Shown here piece after piece: positions 15,978 through 24,809 of a stretch of DNA of 38,616 bases. How positions within the stretch are numbered: position 1 is the first letter of the stretch; each line of letters starts with the position of its first letter. Source of the stretch: a virus (Duplodnaviria; Caudoviricetes); IMG/VR virus record IMGVR_UViG_3300028588_000049, positions 1-38,616 of that record; one strand, written 5' to 3'. A program made the position numbers and the translations under genes. The notes beneath the pieces were generated by a model, which saw nothing but the letters and a program-made list of their open reading frames with translations, searched no databases and was not told the DNA's origin.

Positions 15978-16477
15978 CCGAACGCCGACAGCTGATCACC
16001 CGCCAGTGGCGCCCTGCCGGCGAGCCCGCGCGCCGGGCTGACGACTTCGCCGAGATTCCGCACCTGGCCATCACCGCGACACCGGCGACGCCAGCCGCTA
16101 GGCACCAACCGGACCACCGCGAGATCGGCGCCAGGCTTGAGAACTGGGCACGCTGGGCAACCGAGTCCGAGCGCCAGATTGGTAGCAGCGCCACGGCCAA
16201 GATGATCGACCGGGCCAAGCTAGAGGCCGGAATCGTCGAGCCGCGCACCAACGAACGCCGCGCCGTGGATGATGCTGACGCCCTGCTCATCGAGCGCGCG
16301 ATGCGCCACCTAACCACACAGCACCGCATGCTCCTGTGGTGGTGCTACATTCGTCAGGCGCGGCCAGAAGTCGTATGCCGCAAGATGAGCATCCAGCATA
16401 AGCCGGCTACTGTCTTCATCGACCTATTTCGGCAGGCGCAGACGGAGGTAAAAGCTATACTCAGCTTGCCGAAGTAG
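15974..16477 (+). CDS. Late-gene antiterminator Q-like protein
   Basis: RLENWARW...DDADALLIERAM..L...RMLLWWCYI..VCRKM; last early gene upstream of a strong promoter-terminator pair. Confidence 0.7.
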   Translation: MTERRQLITRQWRPAGEPARRADDFAEIPHLAITATPATPAARHQPDHREIGARLENWARWATESERQIGSSATAKMIDRAKLEAGIVEPRTNERRAVDDADALLIERAMRHLTTQHRMLLWWCYIRQARPEVVCRKMSIQHKPATVFIDLFRQAQTEVKAILSLPK

Positions 16478-16511
16478 GAGGTAAATTCATTTCACTCACT
16501 AGGAGCTTCAA

Positions 16512-17117
16512 ATGCAACCCATTAGCATTCACATAACCAACCTTTCGAATCTTTCGATGATGGTCGCTGAAGATATCAGCGCGTTGAACAACGTGATCGT
16601 CCTAACTAGTGAAATGCCGGAAACTGATGAAAAAAACACGTTGTCTCGAATGATTTTTGCCAATGGGGTTTCGATTCTAGAGACATATCTATTCGAAGTC
16701 CTAAACTATGTTGTCTTTGCCAACACTACGGTGATCGAACGCCTGATTTCAGCACCACCGCTCAAGGAGCGCAAACTTGATTTTAAGGAGGTATACAAGA
16801 ACCCGAATATTGTCGAAGATCAGGTTCGCAGATACTTGTCGGAAACGCTATACCATAAGTTAGATACAGTACGGAAACTCTATCAGGTCGCCGTTGGCGT
16901 TGATATTTTTCCTGATGAAGCCTTAAAGCAGCAGCTTCAAGAGCAAATCAAGATTCGCCATGATCTCGTTCATCGGAATGGGCGGAATAAAGCGCAACAC
17001 TCACTCGCCCACTCGATGAATCTCGTTCGGAACGTACAAAAGGTAACCGCAAGAGTCCACGCAGGGGTTAAGGCTGAGATGATCCGACTGGACACAGCTC
17101 AAGAAAAAGCTTCTTGA
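16512..17117 (+). CDS. HEPN-domain protein (RiboL-PSP-HEPN-like), moron
   Basis: N-terminal SILETYL and C-terminal RHDLVHRNG (R-x4-H); AT-rich; AGGAG SD. Confidence 0.8.
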   Translation: MQPISIHITNLSNLSMMVAEDISALNNVIVLTSEMPETDEKNTLSRMIFANGVSILETYLFEVLNYVVFANTTVIERLISAPPLKERKLDFKEVYKNPNIVEDQVRRYLSETLYHKLDTVRKLYQVAVGVDIFPDEALKQQLQEQIKIRHDLVHRNGRNKAQHSLAHSMNLVRNVQKVTARVHAGVKAEMIRLDTAQEKAS

Positions 17118-17142
17118 CAGCTGGAAATTTCAGCAGTACATT
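17114..17142 (+). promoter_or_regulatory. Late promoter PR'-like
   Basis: TTGACA (17114-17119), 17 bp, TACATT (17137-17142); terminator about 80 nt downstream. Confidence 0.8.
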
Positions 17143-17221
17143 CCTGCTCACAACTTAATTCCGTCCAGAAATTGACGAGCGATTTCACCAGGGATTTCGC
17201 ACGTCAGTATGACGCACCGAT

Positions 17222-17247
17222 AGCCCCGCCACTGAGCGGGGCTTTTT
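17222..17247 (+). terminator. tR'-like intrinsic terminator
   Basis: AGCCCCGC-N6-GCGGGGCT then TTTT. Confidence 0.8.
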
Positions 17248-17263
17248 CATTTCTGGTTGAAGT

Positions 17264-17509
17264 TCAGCCCGGCATGAGTGAACGAACCTGTAACGCCGTT
17301 TCTTGCATCTGCTTAAGGGCATTTGGAACAAACATCGCGACGGCGTTCCTTGCTTCCCATTGGTGCTTGACATCGCGCAGAGCGCTATATTCCCCGCGAG
17401 CTGCTTCGATCACGTCTGAGGTAGCAGCAAATTCGGTCCAAGCGTCCTGACGAAATATGAGCGCCAATTTTCTCACTTCAGCAGCGAATATCAGTTCAGC
17501 GAAATCCAT
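17264..17509 (-). CDS. Antisense moron, small helical hypothetical protein (81 aa)
   Basis: GGAGG SD before ATG 17509; MDFAELIFAAEVRKLAL...; extended -10 TGCTACTGT at 17540-17548 (-). Confidence 0.7.
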   Translation of the reverse strand: MDFAELIFAAEVRKLALIFRQDAWTEFAATSDVIEAARGEYSALRDVKHQWEARNAVAMFVPNALKQMQETALQVRSLMPG

Positions 17510-17847
17510 CATTCCTCCAAGATTTTTTATCGTGAACCAACAGTAGCACAGTAGTTCAATACCACCCCAAGTGCGACGGATTAACCGAAACCGACTAATC
17601 GCATAAGCTCGATAAGCGCAGTCTGCAATGCACTGACGGTCGCATCGATGCACCAGTCACAAAGTACAGCACAAGCAATATGGTGATAGGGAGGGGTTGA
17701 GTCTTGTTTCATGGGTTCCATGGATTGGTTGCGGGAGGAATCTCTCCGTTATATGTCGCTCTAAGTTCTCGTTCCTCTGGTGGGATTTCCAACCTGCATG
17801 CCTGACCACCTTCAAAGTCTCTCCTCGCTCTGCCCAAGCAGAGCTTT

Positions 17848-17885
17848 ATGGCCCGGCCAGCACCACGCTGCCGGGCCATTTTTTT
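17848..17885 (+). terminator. Intrinsic terminator immediately upstream of terS
   Basis: ATGGCCCGG...CCGGGCCAT stem plus T7. Confidence 0.7.
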
Positions 17886-17896
17886 AACCGGATCCC

Positions 17897-18325
17897 ATGA
17901 CCGCGACCACATACAAGCCCAAGCTGGCCGCCCAGTTCTGCGCCGCGATCGCGGACGGCAAGAGCATCCGCGCGGTGTGCAAGCTCGAGGGCATGCCGAG
18001 CAAGGCGACCGTGTTCCGCTGGCTGCGCGAGCACCCCGAGTTCGAGAAGCTGTACGAGATCGCGACCGACGAGCGCGCCGACACCCTGATCGATGAGATT
18101 GTCGAGATCGCGGACAACTGCCGCGTCGACGCCGACTCAATCCGCAAGGCGAAGCTCAGGATTCACGCCCGGGTCGAGCAAGCCCAGCGCATGAAGCCGC
18201 GTAAGTACGGCAACAAGATGCAGCTCACCGGAGACGGTGGCGGCCCGGTCCAGCACCAGGTGGCGAAGCTGACCGACGACGAGCTGGACGCCGCGATCGC
18301 GAAGGCGGCCGGCGGCGCGCTATGA
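17897..18325 (+). CDS. terS: Terminase small subunit
   Basis: IADGKSIRAVCKLEGMPSKATVFRWL HTH, EIVEIAD, PRKYG; overlaps terL start. Confidence 0.92.
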   Translation: MTATTYKPKLAAQFCAAIADGKSIRAVCKLEGMPSKATVFRWLREHPEFEKLYEIATDERADTLIDEIVEIADNCRVDADSIRKAKLRIHARVEQAQRMKPRKYGNKMQLTGDGGGPVQHQVAKLTDDELDAAIAKAAGGAL

Positions 18326-19776
18326 GCGCGACCAGCCGGGCCGAGAAGGAACTGCTGCTGGCCATGCTGCAGGAGCGCGAGCGCCGCGCCCGGGTCTACC
18401 GCTACAGAGCACTGCACCGCAATCTGTACGGCTGGCAGCGCGAGTTCAACGCCAACACCTCGACCCACACGCAGGTGTGTCTCATCGCCGCGAACCGGAT
18501 TGGCAAGACCTACACCGGGACCTACCTCGATGCGATCCACGCCCTGGGCGACTACCCGGACGACTGGGAGGGCCACACGTTCGGGCATGCGCCGCTCGTC
18601 TGGTGCCTGGGCTACTCGGGCGAGAAAACGCGCGACCTGCTGCAGGAGCCGATCGTCGGCCGCAAGGATGGCAGCCAGTTTTCCGGCGGCCTGATCCCTC
18701 CCGAACACGTAAAGGGCTACGAGGCAATGTCCGGCACGCCGAACGCACTGCGCACGGTGTACGTCCGCCAGATCGGCGGTGGCGACATCCAGGCCAGCGA
18801 TGCGGTGATCCAGTTCTGGTCGTACTCGCAAGGCCAGCACGCCCTGATGGGCGACAGCGTCGACTGGTTTCACATCGATGAGGAGCCGCGGGACTCGAAC
18901 ATCTTCCCGCAGGTTCTGACCCGCACTGCAACCGGTGACAAAGGCGCCGGCGGGCGCGGCATCTTGACCTTCACGCCGGAGAACGGCCGTACCGAGCTGG
19001 TCATCCAGTTCATGGACACGCCATCGCCGGCGCAGATCTGCATGCAAAAGGGCTGGGACGATGCGCCCCATCTGAGCACGCAGGCCAAAGAGGGGCTGCT
19101 GGCCAGCTACCCGGCTCACCAACGCGATATGCGAACGAAAGGAGTTCCGATGCTGGGACACGGACGAATTTACGACCTGGCCGAAGACGCCATTACCTGC
19201 GAGCCGTTCGCGATCCCGAAGCATTTCCGCGTCATCGATGGCATGGACTTCGGCTGGGATCACCCTCAAGCGCACGTGCAGTTGGTCTTCGACCCCGAGG
19301 GCGACATGTTCTATCTCACGAAGGCCTGGAAGAAGTCGCAGACCAAGCCGATCGAGGCCTGGGGCGCCGTCAAGTCGTGGGCCGAGCACGTGCCCACCGC
19401 CTGGCCGTCCGATGGTCTGCAAACGGAGAAGAGCAGCGGCGAGCAGCAAAAAGCGTACTACGAGCAGGCCGGCTTCAACATGCTGCTCGAGCGCGCGACC
19501 TGGCCAGACGGCGGCAACGGCGTCGAGGCCGGGCTGTTCGAGATCCGCGATCTAATGATGAGCGGCCGCTTCAAGGTGTTCGCCGGCCTGCGCGACTTCT
19601 TCGACGAGTTCCTGCAGTACCACCGCGACGACAAGGGCAAGATCAGCAAGACCCGCGACGACATCCTCGACGCTGTCCGCTATGCCTACATGATGCGGCG
19701 CCACGCCATCGCCTATGGCGATATCAGCAAGCCCTGGGGCGGCGCCCTCAATTACCAATCACTGGGAATCGTATGA
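18322..19776 (+). CDS. terL: Terminase large subunit (P22 gp2-like)
   Basis: AANRIGKT Walker A, FHIDEEP Walker B, LTFTPENG, GMDFGWDHP nuclease, DDILDAVRY. Confidence 0.96.
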   Translation: MSATSRAEKELLLAMLQERERRARVYRYRALHRNLYGWQREFNANTSTHTQVCLIAANRIGKTYTGTYLDAIHALGDYPDDWEGHTFGHAPLVWCLGYSGEKTRDLLQEPIVGRKDGSQFSGGLIPPEHVKGYEAMSGTPNALRTVYVRQIGGGDIQASDAVIQFWSYSQGQHALMGDSVDWFHIDEEPRDSNIFPQVLTRTATGDKGAGGRGILTFTPENGRTELVIQFMDTPSPAQICMQKGWDDAPHLSTQAKEGLLASYPAHQRDMRTKGVPMLGHGRIYDLAEDAITCEPFAIPKHFRVIDGMDFGWDHPQAHVQLVFDPEGDMFYLTKAWKKSQTKPIEAWGAVKSWAEHVPTAWPSDGLQTEKSSGEQQKAYYEQAGFNMLLERATWPDGGNGVEAGLFEIRDLMMSGRFKVFAGLRDFFDEFLQYHRDDKGKISKTRDDILDAVRYAYMMRRHAIAYGDISKPWGGALNYQSLGIV

Positions 19777-21797
19777 CCAAAATGACCGACGAAGAGCTGC
19801 GCAGCGCGGTCGACAGCGAGGTGAGCGAGTCCGCCGCCTGGACTGGCAGCGACCTTGCCGGCGACCGTGAGCGCAACATGGCCTACTACCTCGGCCAACC
19901 CATGGGCAATGAGGTCAAAGGCCGCAGCCAAGTCGTGAGCTGGGACGTGTTCGAAGTCGTGGAAAGCGCCCTGCCCGACTTGCTCGAGCCGTTCTTCGCC
20001 GGCGACCACATCTGCGAGTTCGAACCAGCAGCGCCTGGTGACGAGGAGTACTGCGAGCAGGCCACCGACGTCATCAACCACCTGATCAAAAAGAAGAACC
20101 CAGGCTTCCTGATCTTCAACACCTGGATCAAGGACGGCTTTCTCGCCAAGGTCGGCATCGTGCGGTCGTGGCAAGACGCCACGCGCAAGGTCAAGCGCGA
20201 GCGATACCAGGGCATCACTGAGCAACAGCTGGCTACGCTGGCCAACGACCAGAGGATCACAATCGAAACGCACGACGCAGCTGACGATCCAAGCGCGCCC
20301 GGCCAGAGTCTGCACGACGTCGAGCTGGTTATCGACCAGGGCCCGGTCGGCATTCGCATTGAAAACGTCGAACCTGGCGCATTCATCCTGTCGCGCCATG
20401 CGAAGAAGATGGCCGACGTCACCTGCATTGGAGAGCTGCGCACTTACACGCGCTCTGACCTGGTTGGCATGGGCTTCGACCGCGCGCGCGTCGAGCTGCT
20501 GTCGGACTACCAGGCGGCGCCCGATGCATTCGCGCTCGATGCTGACCGCCCGGAGCCAGGCGACACCGGCGACGGCGCCAACCAGCAGCTGACCCTGTTC
20601 TTCGGCTTCGTCAAGCTGGACTTCGACGCCGACGGCATCGCCGAGTGGCGCCGCGTGTTCATGGCCGGCAACGACATCCTGGAGAACGAGGAAGTCGATG
20701 ATCACGAATACAGTCTGTGGTCCCCGATTCTGCTGCCGCATCGCATCATCGGCATGGCCCTGGCTGATCCAGTCGTGTCGATCCAGGACACGAAGACGTC
20801 GCTGCAGCGGCAGTACCTCGATTCGCTGTACCTGGCCAACAACCCGACCACGTACGCGATCGACGGCCAGGTCAATCTGGACGACCTGCTGAGCACGCGC
20901 ATCGGCAAGGTGGTGCGCGTTAAGAGCCAGTTGGCTGCGGGCCCGATGCAGACCTCGCTGGTAGCCAACGAGTCTCTGCAGGGCATCGAGCTGATGAACA
21001 CGGTCCGCGAGGAACGCATCGGTATCAGCCGCCTGAATCAAGGCCTCGACGCCGACAGTCTCAACAAGACGGCCACCGGCGCCCAGATCGCCAACACCCG
21101 CGACCAGAAGCGCGCACTGATGATGCTGCGCGTGTTCGCAGAGACCGGCTGCAAGGACCTGTGCAAGCGCCTGCTGCGCCTGACCTGCGAATACCAGGAC
21201 AAGCCAGCCACGATCCGCCTGCGCAACGAGTGGGTCGAATATGACCCGCGTGGCTGGTCGAGCGAGATGGACGTGAACATCAACGTGGGCCTGGGGACCG
21301 GCGACAAGTCGCAGACGATCCAGTTCCTGGGGATGATGGGCGCCTACTTCCAGCAGGCGGCCACGGTCGGCGTCACCACGCCCGAGAACGTCTACAACCT
21401 GGGCAAGATGCTGCTGAAGGCCGGCAACATCCAAGGCGGCGAGACAAAGCTGCTGACCGATCCGAAGACGACACCGCCGGCGCCGCCGCAGGAATCGCCC
21501 GAGCAGGTGCTGGCCAAGATGGAACTCGAGCTCGAGGACAAACGCCAGGAGGGCAAGGCCCGCGACGCCGAGTACAAGCGCGAAGCGGACACGGCCACCC
21601 TGGCTGCAAACAGTCAGCTCAAGTTGCTCGACCTGCAGCTCAAGGAAAAGGAAGTGCGCATCAAGGAAATCGAGCTGGGCATGAAGCAGATCGAAATGCA
21701 GCACAGCATGCGCATGGCAGCCGACCAACAGATGCACGGCCAGGTGCTCGAGCAGCACCAGGCAAATCAACCACAAGAACTGAACGGATACGAATAA
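19773..21797 (+). CDS. Portal protein
   Basis: YYLGQPMGNEVKGRSQVVSWDV, KTATG, coiled-coil C-terminal barrel; follows terL with ATGA overlap (start 19773). Confidence 0.92.
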   Translation: MTKMTDEELRSAVDSEVSESAAWTGSDLAGDRERNMAYYLGQPMGNEVKGRSQVVSWDVFEVVESALPDLLEPFFAGDHICEFEPAAPGDEEYCEQATDVINHLIKKKNPGFLIFNTWIKDGFLAKVGIVRSWQDATRKVKRERYQGITEQQLATLANDQRITIETHDAADDPSAPGQSLHDVELVIDQGPVGIRIENVEPGAFILSRHAKKMADVTCIGELRTYTRSDLVGMGFDRARVELLSDYQAAPDAFALDADRPEPGDTGDGANQQLTLFFGFVKLDFDADGIAEWRRVFMAGNDILENEEVDDHEYSLWSPILLPHRIIGMALADPVVSIQDTKTSLQRQYLDSLYLANNPTTYAIDGQVNLDDLLSTRIGKVVRVKSQLAAGPMQTSLVANESLQGIELMNTVREERIGISRLNQGLDADSLNKTATGAQIANTRDQKRALMMLRVFAETGCKDLCKRLLRLTCEYQDKPATIRLRNEWVEYDPRGWSSEMDVNINVGLGTGDKSQTIQFLGMMGAYFQQAATVGVTTPENVYNLGKMLLKAGNIQGGETKLLTDPKTTPPAPPQESPEQVLAKMELELEDKRQEGKARDAEYKREADTATLAANSQLKLLDLQLKEKEVRIKEIELGMKQIEMQHSMRMAADQQMHGQVLEQHQANQPQELNGYE

Positions 21798-23620
21798 TGG
21801 CAATACTCGCAAACGGCTCCAATGTCACGCTGACCCTGACCGACTACGACAGCGTGACGATCTCGACGCTAGGCGTAGTGGCCTTGGCCGCCGTGTCGGG
21901 CCTGGGCGTGGCTGCTGGCAAGATCGCCGAATTCACCGGCGCACGAACTTTCGGCCCGTTCACGGCCGGCTCGCTGTTGATCGCCGCTTCGGTGCGCGAT
22001 TGCCAGTACGAAGTGGCTGACGGCGTGCGTCCGACCGCGCAATCCGGCGCTGGTGCTGTGGCAGCCATCAGCGGCAGCTATGTGGTCGGCCAAACGCTCA
22101 CGGCCACCTTCCCGGCTGGCGTCACCGGCACGATCCAGTTCACGCGCACGCTCGCCGCCGCACCGTTCACGAAGACCACTATCAGTGGCGCCGTGGCCAG
22201 CGCGGTCAACAGCCTGACGTATCAGGTGCAGTCGGCGGACGCCGGCTACAGCATCGGCGTGGATTGCACGACCGTTCAGGCAGGATCGGGTGGAGTGGTG
22301 ATCGCTTCATCGGGATCTATGATCGTCCAGCAAGCCTCGAAGTTGCGACCGAACGAGCTGTACAACGGCGGCGGCTCCGGCATCCGTACTTCATACTACA
22401 AGTTCGAGCTGGACGGCCCGTTCGACCAAGCGCAGTTCCTCGTGGGCAGCAAGCAAGCCACGGGCACACCGGGCGAGTACAAGGTGCAGCTCGCCGTGAC
22501 TGACGAGATCGGCATCGACACTACCGCGAAAGCGTGGCTACCTCGGCGCAACGGTGTGACGTACAACGACAGGTCCGAGTTCGGCTGGAAGGACGCCACG
22601 TTCGGCGGTGCTACCTCCAAGCGCATCGGCTTTGCTCCGAACGACAACAACAATAGCGTCAAGCACATGAGCACCGACGTGATGAACCTGTCGAGCATTC
22701 CCCGCGCCGATGGCAAGCCGGGTAGCATCCTGCTGGTGAAGGTCACACAGATGGACTCGTCAGGGCAGTACCACACAGCGAACAGCGCCGGTAACACATG
22801 GGACACCGCCCGCAGCCTCGACAAGTCGTGGTTCCGAGAATGGCGTTCTACCTCGATTGGCTTCGACGCCATCGCCGACCTCTCCAAGCTCCCTACGGAC
22901 GGGTACAACGGCGGGTACGAGTTCCCCGGTTTCCCGGTCGTCACCTCGGCAGCAAGTACGGTCCCAATGGAAGTGGTGATGTTCACTGGCGACAGCCGCA
23001 AGTGCGCCGCATACATGACGTACCTGTACGGTGCCCAATCGCGTATGGCTGCGGCCTCCCTGAGCACCGCTGCGCGCCCTATCAGCACAGTGAACGCTGC
23101 AGGTTCAGGTCACGGCCAAGCGCAGTTCCTCGCCATCGCTATGGATATGATTAACGCCGGGGTACGTCCTACGCTGATCCATGTCCCCGGTTTTAGTCAG
23201 AACAACTTTGCGAACTTCGCTACGTTCAAGGCCAATCTCGACAGCTTCATGGCGAACGTACGTGCGGTCCCCGGCATGGCGGGTGTGAAGTTCGTGCTAG
23301 ATACGGACTACTGGGTAACCGGCTACCAAGTGGGCACCTCCTCAGAGAGTGGCCGCTTGCAGTGCGTGGAGTACGCTAAGTCTCTCGCCAATGGCACCAC
23401 CGTGTTTGTGTTCGATAGCGACGCTATCATCACGGACTACTCCAACCCTGCTGTGCGCGCCTTCAAGGTAGCGTACTACGACTTCGCAGCCAGCCCGACG
23501 AAGTTCATCGGTGGCGACGGTGTACACCTCGGCCCTATCGGCTTGGATGCACTCGTCAATGGTGACGGCACCACTCCCGGTTTGCAATCTGTTTATCGCA
23601 CAGCCTTTGGGATCGCATAA
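21797..23620 (+). CDS. Virion-associated multidomain protein with Ig-like segment and C-terminal SGNH/GDSL esterase
   Basis: FTGDS (block I), NAAGSG (II), QNN (III), DGVHL (V); Ig-like VVGQTLTA...TYQVQSADAG; no signal peptide. Confidence 0.75.
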   Translation: MAILANGSNVTLTLTDYDSVTISTLGVVALAAVSGLGVAAGKIAEFTGARTFGPFTAGSLLIAASVRDCQYEVADGVRPTAQSGAGAVAAISGSYVVGQTLTATFPAGVTGTIQFTRTLAAAPFTKTTISGAVASAVNSLTYQVQSADAGYSIGVDCTTVQAGSGGVVIASSGSMIVQQASKLRPNELYNGGGSGIRTSYYKFELDGPFDQAQFLVGSKQATGTPGEYKVQLAVTDEIGIDTTAKAWLPRRNGVTYNDRSEFGWKDATFGGATSKRIGFAPNDNNNSVKHMSTDVMNLSSIPRADGKPGSILLVKVTQMDSSGQYHTANSAGNTWDTARSLDKSWFREWRSTSIGFDAIADLSKLPTDGYNGGYEFPGFPVVTSAASTVPMEVVMFTGDSRKCAAYMTYLYGAQSRMAAASLSTAARPISTVNAAGSGHGQAQFLAIAMDMINAGVRPTLIHVPGFSQNNFANFATFKANLDSFMANVRAVPGMAGVKFVLDTDYWVTGYQVGTSSESGRLQCVEYAKSLANGTTVFVFDSDAIITDYSNPAVRAFKVAYYDFAASPTKFIGGDGVHLGPIGLDALVNGDGTTPGLQSVYRTAFGIA

Positions 23621-23622
23621 AC

Positions 23623-23922
23623 ATGAACTATCTCGGGATCTACAGCACCGCGTGCGACAAGGACTTCCAGAACCGGTGCCGGGTGGCCATGTGGCGCGCC
23701 GCTCAGGAAATCACGGACCAGGCGCCGGCGCCGAATTCTCAAGACGTGCGCCGCGACTGGGCGGAACGGGTGCTTCGTGAGGAAGTGAAAATCACCGATC
23801 GACAGCTCGCGCTGCAGGTGCTGCGCAATGTCAATATCGCCGACAACCCAGCAGACACGCCCGACCAGGATGTGCAGGCCCAGGTCGATGCAGTTATCAA
23901 CTCAATTATCGCCATCGGCTGA
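23623..23922 (+). CDS. Phage hypothetical protein
   Basis: 99 aa, tightly packed with neighbours. Confidence 0.72.
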   Translation: MNYLGIYSTACDKDFQNRCRVAMWRAAQEITDQAPAPNSQDVRRDWAERVLREEVKITDRQLALQVLRNVNIADNPADTPDQDVQAQVDAVINSIIAIG

Positions 23923-23923
23923 C

Positions 23924-24223
23924 ATGACACCTGCTGAACAAATCGCACGCGGCGAACATGCCAAGCGCCTGCTCGACGACCTCCTGTTCAAAGAGGCGAT
24001 GCATGAGACCCGCCAGGCTGTCATTGACGCCTGGGCCGCGCTGCCGGTCGAGAACAAGGCCCAGGCCGAGGAACTGAAGCGCCTCTTGTGGGCGGCCAAC
24101 CAATTCGAAGCTGTATTCGTGTCGCTCATGGGCGGCGCAACCATCCTGCGCGACGAGCTGCTGCGCGCGGAAAGTATGCAAACCAAGGCGGAAGCCACAC
24201 AACGGAGGATCAATGGCACGTAA
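23924..24223 (+). CDS. Conserved small head-module protein
   Basis: MTPAEQIARGEHAKRLLDD..W; typical small helical gene between portal and scaffold. Confidence 0.75.
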   Translation: MTPAEQIARGEHAKRLLDDLLFKEAMHETRQAVIDAWAALPVENKAQAEELKRLLWAANQFEAVFVSLMGGATILRDELLRAESMQTKAEATQRRINGT

Positions 24224-24695
24224 AGGACAAACCCCGGCCCAGCCGGTCAAGCAGGAGCCGGTCGACGTGGCCCCGAATATGGACAGCCTGGATTCCGGCG
24301 CGCCGGTGGTCGAAAAGGCTGCGCAGCCGCCAGCGGTGGAAACCCTGCTGACACCGCAGCCGGATCTCGAGCCCATCACGGCGACGCCGGAACCGGTCAT
24401 GCAACCAGAGCAGGAACAGGCGTCCGAGTCGGCCGTCCCTGCCGCCTTCGAACTGGTCCTTCCGCCGGACGAGCCATCGCCTGCCCCAGTGCCGGCGCCC
24501 GTGCCGCCCGTCGACGTCGAGCCGCTGGCGGTCTATGCCGCGCGCATCGAAGAAGTTGGACAACCCCTGGCCGTGTGCGAGATCACGCATCCGGACGCGA
24601 AGGACGGCGGCCTGCACGTCGGGAAGTACGCCGGCATCCGCCTGGTACGCGGCAACACCCCAGCTGCCCTGCTGTCGGACGGCTCCACCATCTAA
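24213..24695 (+). CDS. Pro/Glu-rich hypothetical protein
   Basis: GGAGG SD; 160 aa with low-complexity N-terminal two thirds. Confidence 0.72.
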   Translation: MARKGQTPAQPVKQEPVDVAPNMDSLDSGAPVVEKAAQPPAVETLLTPQPDLEPITATPEPVMQPEQEQASESAVPAAFELVLPPDEPSPAPVPAPVPPVDVEPLAVYAARIEEVGQPLAVCEITHPDAKDGGLHVGKYAGIRLVRGNTPAALLSDGSTI

Positions 24696-24809
24696 TTGCC
24701 GGGCCGGCAGCGTGCCCTTGAACGCTGCCCGTCGAGTTAGGAATAATCAGGCCAAGCCACCCATTGCGGTGGCTTTGTCGTTTCTGAACTCACACCTCAC
24801 GGAAATCAC

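Noticed and set aside
19377-19772. Portal N-terminal extension (806-aa ORF)
   Set aside because: Overlaps terL in another frame; ATG 19773 gives the normal ATGA coupling
19752-21812. Long antisense ORFs (686 aa here; also 7413-8720, 18163-19449, 27803-29173, 31156-33126 and others)
   Set aside because: Shadow frames opposite well-supported genes, expected from high-GC codon bias; no motifs or SD
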